A DNA stretch of 64,000 bases from the NCBI GenBank assembly GCA_903934795.1, contig CAIZPE010000145.1, positions 2,122 to 66,121 of the forward strand, written 5' to 3'. Below, in pieces: positions 18,269 to 26,300 of this stretch. Origin of the DNA: an uncultured bacterium (GTDB lineage Bacteria > Pseudomonadota > Gammaproteobacteria > Burkholderiales > Burkholderiaceae_E). The position numbers were made by a program, and so were the translations under genes. The stretch's first letter is position 1; each line of letters opens with the position of its first letter. Under the pieces are notes generated by a model. The model ran no database searches, was not told the DNA's origin, and was given only the letters and a program-made list of their open reading frames with translations.

Positions 18269-19561
18269 ATGCGCGCGCTGCTGCAGGAGGCCTTCCACGC
18301 CGCGGTGGCCGCAGCCGATCCACTGCGGATGCTGGCCGCGCACCTGCCCTCGCCGGCAGAGATCGCCGCCCGCACCGCCGCCGGCGGCCGCACCGTGGCC
18401 GTGGGCGCGGGCAAGGCCGCCGCATCCATGGCGCTGGCCCTCGAGCGGCACTGGCCCGAGGATGCGCCGCTGTCCGGTCTGGTGGTCACCCGCTATGCCC
18501 ACGGGCTGCCCTGCCGGCGCATCACCGTGCGCGAGGCCGGCCATCCCATGCCCGATGCCGCCGGCGAGCAGGCTGCCGAGCAGATCGCGGCGCTCGCCGC
18601 CTCGCTCGGGCCGCAGGACCTGCTGGTGGCGCTGGTTTCGGGCGGTGGTTCGAGCCTGCTCAGCCTGCCGGCCGAGGGCGTGCCCATGACCGAGCTGCGC
18701 CAGGTCACCGGCGCGCTGCTGGCCAGCGGCGCGCCCATCCAGGAGATGAACATCGTGCGCAAGCACCTGTCGCGCATCCAGGGTGGGCGGCTCGCGCAGC
18801 TCACCGCGGCGCAGGTGCTGGCGCTGGTGGTGTCCGATGTGGCCGGCGACGATCTCTCGGCGATCGCCTCGGGGCCGTGCGCGCCCGATCCCAGCCGCTA
18901 TGCCGATGCGCTCGATGTGCTGCGGCGCTGGGAGGTGACCGCGCCCCCCGCGGTGGCCGCGCACCTGCAGCGTGGTCTGGCCGGCGAGATCCCCGAAACC
19001 CCCAAGCCCGGCGAACCGGTATTCGCGCGGGTGAGTCATCGGCTGGTGGCCACTGCCCGCGGCTCGCTGCTCGCGGCGGCGCGGGTGTTCGAGGCGGCCG
19101 GCATCCGCCCGGTGGTGCTGGGCGACACCATCACCGGCGAGGCCCGCGATGTGGCCCAGGTGATGGGCGCGATCGCCCGCGAGATCGCCGCCCATGATTC
19201 GCCCTTCGCGCGGCCGGTGGCGCTGCTCTCCGGCGGGGAGTGCACGGTCACGGTCCGCGGCACGGGGCGCGGCGGCCGCTGCACCGAGTTCCTGCTGGCG
19301 CTTGCCCGCGAGCTGCAGGGCGTGCCCGGGGCCTGGGCGCTGGCCGCCGACACCGATGGCATCGACGGGGTCGAGGACAATGCCGGTGCGCTGCTTGCAC
19401 CCGACACCCTGACCCGCGCGGCCGCGCTCGGCCTCGATGCCCGCCGCCGGCTCGACGACAACGACGGACACGGCTTCTTCTCGGCGCTGGGCGACCTGGT
19501 GATCACCGGTCCCACGCGCACCAATGTCAACGACTTCCGGGCCATCGTGCTCCTGCCATGA
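18269..19561 (+). CDS. ttuD: Glycerate 2-kinase (TtuD/MOFRL family)
   Basis: [62 protein letters not shown]; alternative GTG start 18257. Confidence 0.9.
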   Translation: MRALLQEAFHAAVAAADPLRMLAAHLPSPAEIAARTAAGGRTVAVGAGKAAASMALALERHWPEDAPLSGLVVTRYAHGLPCRRITVREAGHPMPDAAGEQAAEQIAALAASLGPQDLLVALVSGGGSSLLSLPAEGVPMTELRQVTGALLASGAPIQEMNIVRKHLSRIQGGRLAQLTAAQVLALVVSDVAGDDLSAIASGPCAPDPSRYADALDVLRRWEVTAPPAVAAHLQRGLAGEIPETPKPGEPVFARVSHRLVATARGSLLAAARVFEAAGIRPVVLGDTITGEARDVAQVMGAIAREIAAHDSPFARPVALLSGGECTVTVRGTGRGGRCTEFLLALARELQGVPGAWALAADTDGIDGVEDNAGALLAPDTLTRAAALGLDARRRLDDNDGHGFFSALGDLVITGPTRTNVNDFRAIVLLP

Positions 19562-20628
19562 CCAGCACCCTCACCCTGCGCCGCCCCGACGACTGGCATC
19601 TGCATCTGCGCGACGGCGATGCCCTGCGCGCGGTGGTTGCCGCCAGCGCGCGGCAGTTCGCCCGCGCCATCGTGATGCCCAACCTCAAGCCGCCGGTGAC
19701 CACGCCGGCCGCGGCGCGGGCGTATCACGGCCGCATCCTGCAGGCGCTGGCGCAGGCCCGTGCCGCCGGCGAGATCGACGCGCTGGCCGCGGCCGAGTTC
19801 CAGCCGCTGATGACCCTCTATCTCACCGACAACACGCCCGCCGCCGACATCGTGCAGGCGCACGCCGAGGGCCTGGTGAAGGGGGTCAAGCTCTACCCGG
19901 CGGGCGCCACCACGAATGCCGATGCCGGGGTGACCGACATCGCCCGGGTGCGCGGCGCGCTCGAGGCGATGCAGCGCTGCGGTCTGCCGCTGCTGGTGCA
20001 TGGCGAGGTGACCGATGCCGACATCGACCTCTTCGACCGCGAGCGGGTGTTCATCGACCGCGTGCTGCTGCCGATGCGCCGCGACTTCCCCGGCCTGAAG
20101 GTGGTGTTCGAGCACATCACCACCCGCGAGGCCGCGCAGTATGTGGCGCAGGCCGACGAGCTGACCGCGGCCACCATCACCGCCCATCACCTGCTCTACA
20201 ACCGCAACGCGCTGTTCATCGGCGGGGTGCGGCCGCACTGGTACTGCCTGCCGGTGCTCAAGCGCGAACAGCATCGCCAGGCGCTCATGGCGGCGGCCAC
20301 TGGCGGTCATCCGCGTTTCTTCCTGGGCACCGACAGCGCACCTCACGCCCGTCACCTCAAGGAGCATGCCTGCGGCTGCGCCGGCTGATACACCGCGCCG
20401 CACGCGCTCGAGCTGTATGCCAGCGCCTTCGAGGCCGCCGGCGCGCTCGACCGGCTGGAGGCCTTCGCCAGCCTCAACGGGCCGGCGTTCTACGGGCTGC
20501 CGGTGAATGAGCGGACCATCACGCTGCGGCGCGAGACCTGGACCATCCCGGAGAGCCTGCCCTTCGGCGCCGATGCCATCGTGCCGCTGGCCGGTGGGGA
20601 ATCGATCGGCTGGCGGCTGAGCGACTGA
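19558..20628 (+). pseudogene. pyrC: Dihydroorotase (type II) interrupted by one in-frame TGA at 20386-20388 (nonsense mutation, sequence error, or recoding)
   Basis: [49 protein letters not shown], then [16 protein letters not shown] continuing in frame to GWRLSD* at 20626-20628 (356 codons total). Confidence 0.85.
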
Positions 20629-20678
20629 GCCTGGCGCGTGGGCCGTCTGCGTCGCCGGACCGCCGCATCGAGCCCGGC

Positions 20679-21566
20679 ATGATCGAGCTGAGCGCGCCCT
20701 GGTATGGGCCGTATGCGTCGGCGCTCGCCGAACTCGCGCCGCTCGCCCGGGACGGCCACTGGGCCGACTGCCTGAACGCGCTCAATCGCCGCGCGGCGCA
20801 GGCCGACCTGCGCAACGCGCGGGGCCTGCCGGTGCGCTTCACGGCCGAGGCGCCGGCCGAGGGCATGGCCTACGAGGCCCGTATCCACCGCGACGGCCTG
20901 GTGCACACCCGGGCGGGCGAGGGCGGCTGGCACGACCTCTTCAACGCCCTGATCTGGCTCGCATGGCCGCGCACCAAGGCGGCCCTGAATGCCTTGCAGG
21001 CCGACGAGATCGCGCGCCACGGCGTGGGCGGACGGCGCGGCGGTCTGCGTGACGCAGCCACGCTCTTTGACGAGAACGGCGTGCTGGTGACGATGCCGCC
21101 CGGCGCCTGGTGCGACGCCTGGTCGCGTCACGACTGGCCGGCGCTCTTCGTCTCAGGGCGCGCGCGCTGGCTGTCCGCGCCGCCGCTGATTCTCGGCCAT
21201 GCCCTGCTCGACAAGCTGCGCGCGCCCTACAAGGCGGTGTGCGGCCATGCCTGGCTGCTCGAGGTGGGGGCGATGAGCGCCGAGGCGATTGACGCACCGG
21301 GTGCCCCGTCGGGCCCGGAGGTGCCGCTTGCCCCGGACCGGCTCGCGGCCCTCGATGCCCGGCTGGCCGCCGCCCTGTCGGCGGGCGCGCTCGCGTCAGG
21401 CCGTTTCCGGCCGCTGCCGGTGCTCGGCGTGCCGGGCTGGTGGCCGGCCAACCAGGACCCCGTCTTCTACGACGATGCCGCGGTGTTCCGGCCCCTGCCT
21501 CAGCGGAACGCCATCACCCCGTCGTCGAGCCGGCCGAAGCGCAGCGCGAGCAGGTCGAGCGTGTAG
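20679..21566 (+). CDS. DUF3025 family protein
   Basis: YEARI..G.V.TR...WHDLFNALIWLAWPRTKAALN, RGGLRDAATLFDENG, GHALLDKL..PYKA, PLPVLGVPGWW..N.DP.FYDD..VFRP. Confidence 0.85.
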   Translation: MIELSAPWYGPYASALAELAPLARDGHWADCLNALNRRAAQADLRNARGLPVRFTAEAPAEGMAYEARIHRDGLVHTRAGEGGWHDLFNALIWLAWPRTKAALNALQADEIARHGVGGRRGGLRDAATLFDENGVLVTMPPGAWCDAWSRHDWPALFVSGRARWLSAPPLILGHALLDKLRAPYKAVCGHAWLLEVGAMSAEAIDAPGAPSGPEVPLAPDRLAALDARLAAALSAGALASGRFRPLPVLGVPGWWPANQDPVFYDDAAVFRPLPQRNAITPSSSRPKRSASRSSV

Positions 21567-23836
21567 TTCTGGTTCAGCCGCCAGGGCTTGCGATCGCCCT
21601 GATGCGGCAGCCGCGCAAGCGCCCGCTGCACATACCCCGAGCTGAAGTCGAGGAAGGGCGCCGGCTTCACCGAGGGATCGGGGCGCGGCATGAACACCGA
21701 CTGGCCGTGCTCGCGCAGGTGGCGCAGCAGCCGGCAGGCGTATTCCGCGGTCAGGTCGGCCTTCAGCGTCCAGCTCGCGTTGGTGTAGCCGAAGGTGGTG
21801 GTGAGGTTGGGGATGCCGCCGTACATCATGCCCTTGTAGACCATCAGCGAGGCGGGCTCCACCGGCACGCCATCCAGGCTCAGGCGCATGCCGCCGAGCA
21901 CCGAGAGCTCCAGGCCGGTGGCGGTGACCACCACCTCGGCCGGCAGTTCGCGGCCGCCGGTCAGGCGGATGCCGTGCTCGGTGAAGCTTTCGATGGTGTC
22001 GGTCACCACCTCGGCGCGATCGTGCCGGATGGCCTCGAAGAGGTCGGCATCGGGCACCAGGCACACCCGCTGATCCCAGGGGTGGTAGCGCGGCGTGAAG
22101 TGGCGCTCGGTGTCGTAGCCGGCCGGCAGCAGGGCCCGGACCATGGCGATGAGACGCCGCTTCGCGGCCTGCGGATGACGGCGGGCGACGCGGTAGAAGT
22201 ACTGCTGCATCGCGATGTTCTTCAGCCGCACCAGGCGGTAGGCCCAGGTTGCGGGCAGCCAGCGCTTGAGCGCCTCGGCAATGCCGTCCACCGACGGGCG
22301 CGAGAACAGGTAGCTCGGCGAGCGCTGCAGCAGCGTGACCCGCGACGCGGTGCGCGCGAGTTCGGGCACCAGCGTGACCGCGGTGGCGCCGCTGCCGATC
22401 ACCACCACCCGCCGGCCGGTGCAGTCGAGGTCGTCGGGCCAGAACTGCGGATGCACCATGCGTCCGGCGAAGCGCTCCTCGCCTGGCCAGTGCGGGCGGT
22501 GGCCCTGGTCATAGGCGTAGTAGCCGCCGCAGAAGAACACGAAGCGCGCCCGCACGGTGCGCGGCTCGGCCTCATCGGCGCGGCGTACCTGCACATGCCA
22601 GCGGCCCTCGGCGGCGCGCCAGTCGGCGGCGATCACCTGGTGGCCGTGGCGGATGAAGGGCCGGATGCCGTTCTCGTCGGCGGTTTCGGCGATGTAGTCG
22701 CGGATCGCCGACCCGCCGGCGATCGCCTCGGCTGCGCGCCAGGGCTTGAATCGGTAGCCCAGGGTGTACATGTCGGAGTCGGAGCGCACGCCGGGATAGC
22801 GGAACAGGTCCCAGGTGCCGCCGACCGTCGGGCGCGACTCGAGCAGGGCGAAGCTCATCGCCGGCAGCTCGCGGCGCAGGTGCACGGCAGCGCCCACTCC
22901 CGAGAGCCCGGCACCGACGATCAGCACATCGAGCTGCTCGTCGCCCGTCTGCGTGCAGGCCTCGCGCAGGAAGCCCGCGGCCTGCGTCACCGATCGGCGC
23001 GCCTCGGGCAGCAGGTGCAGCAGCTGCCAGACATGCGGCACATCGGGAAAGACCTCGAGGCTCACCGTGACACCCGCGGCCCGGGCCCTGGCCGCCAGCC
23101 GCAGCGCATCGTCGCGCAGCGCCTCGTCGGCGCCCACATGCAGCAGGATCGGCGGCAGGCCGGCGAGTTCGCCGAGCAGCGGTGAGGCCAGCGGCTGTGC
23201 CGGATCGGCCCCCTGCAGATACGCGGCCACGAGGTGCTCGAGTTCGCCCGCAGGAAACATCGCATCGCGCTCGGCGTTGAGCACCAGCGACGCGCTCGCA
23301 CCGGTGAGGTCGGTGGCCGGGGAGAAGAGCGCGGCGGCGTCGGGCAGCGCCTCGTCGGCCTGCTTCAGGGCGAGCATCAGACCCAGGGCGAGGTTGCCCC
23401 CCGCGCTGTCGCCCGCAACCACCAGCCGCCCGCCGCGGTGCGCGGCCCGCAGCCCGCGCCAGGCCGCAAGCGCGTCCTCGGGGGCGGCCGGGAAGGGATG
23501 CTCCGGCGCCAGCCGGTAGTCGGCCGCGAACACCCGGAACCCCTGGCGGGCCAGCGCGGCGGTGAGCGGACGATGGGTGCGCGGGCTGCAGCCCACGAAG
23601 CCGCCGCCGTGCAGGTAGAGCAGGGTGTGGGGCGCGTCGCCATGGGCGGGCTCCACCCACTCGCCCGCCACGCCGCCGACACTGGCCGGTGTGAACCGGA
23701 CCCCGCCGGGCGCCGGCAGGGGATGGCCGAAGGCGCGTCGCACCCGCGCGATGTCGCGCATGTCGGCGAGCGCCGGACGCACCCGCAGGCGCACCAGCCG
23801 GGCGGCGATCCGGGCACGCCAGCTTGCGCGCCTCAT
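21500..23836 (-). CDS. Fusion: N-terminal alpha/beta hydrolase (HSL-type esterase) + C-terminal EthA/AlmA-like flavin monooxygenase (BVMO)
   Basis: HGGG, GDSAGG, D..RD, HVW catalytic motifs in the N-terminal third; then GAGLSG, GGTWDLFRYPGVRSDSDM, FAGRMVHPQFWP (BVMO fingerprint), GSGATA, ATG, GYTNASWTLKAD; single open frame. Confidence 0.92.
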   Translation of the reverse strand: MRRASWRARIAARLVRLRVRPALADMRDIARVRRAFGHPLPAPGGVRFTPASVGGVAGEWVEPAHGDAPHTLLYLHGGGFVGCSPRTHRPLTAALARQGFRVFAADYRLAPEHPFPAAPEDALAAWRGLRAAHRGGRLVVAGDSAGGNLALGLMLALKQADEALPDAAALFSPATDLTGASASLVLNAERDAMFPAGELEHLVAAYLQGADPAQPLASPLLGELAGLPPILLHVGADEALRDDALRLAARARAAGVTVSLEVFPDVPHVWQLLHLLPEARRSVTQAAGFLREACTQTGDEQLDVLIVGAGLSGVGAAVHLRRELPAMSFALLESRPTVGGTWDLFRYPGVRSDSDMYTLGYRFKPWRAAEAIAGGSAIRDYIAETADENGIRPFIRHGHQVIAADWRAAEGRWHVQVRRADEAEPRTVRARFVFFCGGYYAYDQGHRPHWPGEERFAGRMVHPQFWPDDLDCTGRRVVVIGSGATAVTLVPELARTASRVTLLQRSPSYLFSRPSVDGIAEALKRWLPATWAYRLVRLKNIAMQQYFYRVARRHPQAAKRRLIAMVRALLPAGYDTERHFTPRYHPWDQRVCLVPDADLFEAIRHDRAEVVTDTIESFTEHGIRLTGGRELPAEVVVTATGLELSVLGGMRLSLDGVPVEPASLMVYKGMMYGGIPNLTTTFGYTNASWTLKADLTAEYACRLLRHLREHGQSVFMPRPDPSVKPAPFLDFSSGYVQRALARLPHQGDRKPWRLNQNYTLDLLALRFGRLDDGVMAFR

Positions 23837-24050
23837 GGCGTGGCGCCGTTCGGTCGCGGGCCGAAACCGGCGAAGGGCATGGTCCGGGAGCGCGAATGGC
23901 CGGGGCGGGCAGGGAGCAGGGCGGTCATGGCGGTATCTTGCCTGCTGAAACGCGCCCGTCCAAGCACGCCCCGATCGGGTTATCGTCCGGCTGCGCGGCC
24001 GACCGGCGCGTCTGCCGCAGGCCATGACTCATGCAACGGGACCCACAGCC

Positions 24051-25034
24051 ATGAACATCCTGATCACCGGCGGCGCCGGCTTTCTCGGGCAGCAGCTGCT
24101 GCGCGCCCTGCTCGATCGCGGCACGCTCGATGCCGGCCGAGGCCCGCAGGCCATCGAGCGCATCGTGTGCTTCGACCAGACCGAGGGCGCGATCACCGAC
24201 CCGCGGGTGCGCAACATCGCCGGCAGCATCGCCGATCCGTCGGCGGTGGCCGCGCTGGTCGATGCCGACACCGCCGTCGTCGTCCACCTGGCCGCGGTGG
24301 TCAGCGGCACCGCCGAGGCCGACTTCGACCTCGGCATGCGGGTGAACCTCGACGGCACCCGCAACCTGCTGCAGGCCTGCCGCGCGCTCGGCCATCGGCC
24401 GCGGGTGCTGTTCTCGAGCTCCATCGCGGTGTTCGGTGGCGATCTGCCCTCGGTGGTCACCGATGCCACCACGCCCACGCCGCAGGGCTCCTACGGCGTG
24501 CAGAAGCTGATCGGCGAACTGCTGGTGCAGGACTACACCCGCAAGGGATTCATCGACGGCCGCGCGGTGCGCGTGCCCACCGTGGTGGTCCGCCCGGGCA
24601 AGCCCAACGGGGCGGCCTCGGGCTTTGCCTCGGGCATCATCCGCGAGCCCCTCGCCGGGCAGCCCTGCCTGCTGCCGGTGGACCTTGCCACCGAGATGTG
24701 GATGGCCTCGCCGCGCGCGGTGGTCGGCATGTTCCTGCGCGCCCTCGAACTGCCCGAGTCGGCCTGGGGCTGGAACCGGGTCCTCAACCTGCCCGGCCTG
24801 GTCGCGTCCATGCACGATGCCCTGGCCGCGCTGCGCGAGATCGGCGGCGATGCCGCGGTGGCGCTGGTGGAGCGCCGGCCCGATCCGGCAGTGATCGCGC
24901 TGGTGAAGACCTGGGCGGCCCGCTTCGAGACCCGGCGGGCGCGCGAGATGGGCTTCACCGCCGATGCCGATGTCATGGCGATCGTGCGCGCCTATGTCGA
25001 GGACAACCCTGCCGCGGTGGTGATGCGTCGCTGA
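24051..25034 (+). CDS. denD: NAD-dependent epimerase/dehydratase, D-erythronate dehydrogenase-like (extended SDR)
   Basis: ITGGAGFLG, HLAAVVSG.AEADFDLGMRVN, SYGVQK (YxxxK), RPGKPNGAASGFASGIIREPL. Confidence 0.75.
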   Translation: MNILITGGAGFLGQQLLRALLDRGTLDAGRGPQAIERIVCFDQTEGAITDPRVRNIAGSIADPSAVAALVDADTAVVVHLAAVVSGTAEADFDLGMRVNLDGTRNLLQACRALGHRPRVLFSSSIAVFGGDLPSVVTDATTPTPQGSYGVQKLIGELLVQDYTRKGFIDGRAVRVPTVVVRPGKPNGAASGFASGIIREPLAGQPCLLPVDLATEMWMASPRAVVGMFLRALELPESAWGWNRVLNLPGLVASMHDALAALREIGGDAAVALVERRPDPAVIALVKTWAARFETRRAREMGFTADADVMAIVRAYVEDNPAAVVMRR

Positions 25035-25053
25035 GCGCGCCGCGGCGCCCGCG

Positions 25054-25059
25054 TACAAT
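25054..25059 (+). promoter_or_regulatory. -10 element of the rnpB promoter
   Basis: TACAAT 6 nt before the P1 5' end at 25066; -35 weak. Confidence 0.6.
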
Positions 25060-25065
25060 CGGCGG

Positions 25066-25415
25066 GCGGAGTGGGGCGGGCGATCGCCGGGGCAACCCGG
25101 AGGAAGGTCCGGACTCCACAGGACAGGGTGCTGGCTAACGGCCAGGCGCAGCAAGCCGAAAGGCCCAAGGCGACGGAAAGTGGAACAGAAAGATACCGCC
25201 CAAGCCCCTCGGGGCCGGCAAGGGTGAAATGGCGAGGTAAGAGCTCACCGCGGCGATGGCGACATCGCCGGCACGCCAAACCCCACCCGGAGCAACACCG
25301 AATAGGCACGCGATCCGGCTTGCGCCGGGCAGGGTGGTCCGCCCGAGCGTGCGGGTAGGTGGCCAGAGCGGTCGGGCAACCGGCGCACAGAATCCGGCCT
25401 ACAGCCCCGCTCCGC
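25066..25415 (+). ncRNA. rnpB: RNase P RNA (bacterial type A), lacking the in-place J18/2-P2'-P19 segment
   Basis: P1 GCGGAGTGGGGC/GCCCCGCTCCGC; GAGGAAGGTCC with compensated P4 partner TCCGGCC; AAGGGTGAAA, GGTAAGAG, AAACCCCACCCGGAGCAA, GGGTAGG, ACAGAATCCGGCCTA; P6 GGAC/GTCC. Confidence 0.95.
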
Positions 25416-25510
25416 CCCCCTTCCCGGCCATGCCCGCCGATCCCCGCCGCCGGGGTCGGTGCGGCGCGGCAGCGGCCCTCCCACCCGGCCCCACCGGCCC
25501 GGCACCGCCC

Positions 25511-25560
25511 GCGTTCGCTGCGGTTCGCCGCGGTTCGCCGCGCGCCGGCCCTTCGCGGAC
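25511..25560 (+). repeat. 10-nt periodic repeat (CGGTTCGCCG) forming UUCG-tetraloop hairpins
   Basis: TTCG at 25514, 25524, 25534, 25552; GCGG-TTCG-CCGC at 25520-25531 and 25530-25541. Confidence 0.7.
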
Positions 25561-25750
25561 CGCCGGCCGGTTTGAACCGATGAATGGTTGCCGTCGCTGG
25601 CCGGCGACCCACCACGCCCCCCCGCCAGGCCGGACCGGGCGCCCGATGTCGCCCCGCAGTCCGGGCCTGCCACCCGCCGCAGGCGCCTGTCCGTCGGTCC
25701 CGGCGGCCGGGTTAAGTCATTGTCCTGACTGGAAAAACAGGTGTCTCGGC

Positions 25751-25779
25751 TTGACCCGTGCCGGTTTCGTCTCTACAGT
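25751..25779 (+). promoter_or_regulatory. Sigma70 promoter of the mraZ/dcw operon
   Basis: TTGACC (25751-25756), 17 bp, TACAGT (25774-25779). Confidence 0.8.
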
Positions 25780-25822
25780 GGGGGATCGTGTTTTTTTGTG
25801 GTGAGTTGTGGGTCGCCGTGCC
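25778..25822 (+). promoter_or_regulatory. MraZ-binding direct repeats (GTG(GG) every 10 bp)
   Basis: GTGGG 25778, GTGTT 25788, GTGGT 25798, GTGGG 25808, GTGCC 25818. Confidence 0.75.
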
Positions 25823-25850
25823 ATGACGGCGGAAGCCCACGCCAGTGGCC

Positions 25851-26300
25851 ATGCTCCAGGGACGCTTCGCGTTGACGCTCGATTCGAAGGGCCGGCTCAC
25901 CGTGCCCGCGCGTCAGCGTGACATCCTGCAGGTGCTCCACGAAGGTCGGCTGACCCTCACCCGTCACCCCGACGGCTGTCTGATGCTGCTGCCGCGCGCC
26001 ACCTGGGAGCGCAAGCGCCAGGAGATCGCCGCCTGGCCCTTCTCGGCGCGTGCCTGGCAGCGCATCTTCCTGGGCAGCGCCAGCGACATCGAGATGGACT
26101 CCGCCGGGCGCATCCTGGTGGCGCCCGAACTGCGCGAGGCCGCCGGCCTGAAGACCGAGCAGAAGGTCATGCTGGTCGGTCTTCAGCACTACTTCGAGAT
26201 CTGGGATCCGAAGGTCCTCGAGGACCAGGAGAACAAGGCGATCGAGGGCGGCCTGCCCGAGGCGCTGGCGAACTTTTCCTTCCAGGGCGAGCAGGGGTGA
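25851..26300 (+). CDS. mraZ: Division/cell wall cluster transcriptional repressor MraZ
   Basis: LDSKGRL and MDSAGRIL AbrB-like repeats; first gene of dcw. Confidence 0.96.
   Translation: MLQGRFALTLDSKGRLTVPARQRDILQVLHEGRLTLTRHPDGCLMLLPRATWERKRQEIAAWPFSARAWQRIFLGSASDIEMDSAGRILVAPELREAAGLKTEQKVMLVGLQHYFEIWDPKVLEDQENKAIEGGLPEALANFSFQGEQG

Noticed and set aside
25091-25112. GAGGAAGGTCC instead of canonical GAGGAAAGTCC in rnpB
   Set aside because: Compensated by TCCGGCC in the P4 3' strand (A-U to G-C), so a natural variant and not a defect.
25310-25315. GCGATC as an internal partner for the rnpB P2 5' strand
   Set aside because: It partly overlaps the P16 helix (GCACGC/GCGTGC), and the match arises from the palindromic GCGATCGC.
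25655-25680. CAGTCCGGGCCTGCCACCCGCCGC as a second P4'/P1'-like 3' end for rnpB
   Set aside because: Lacks ACAGAA and pairs with P1 with several mismatches; plausible by chance at this GC.
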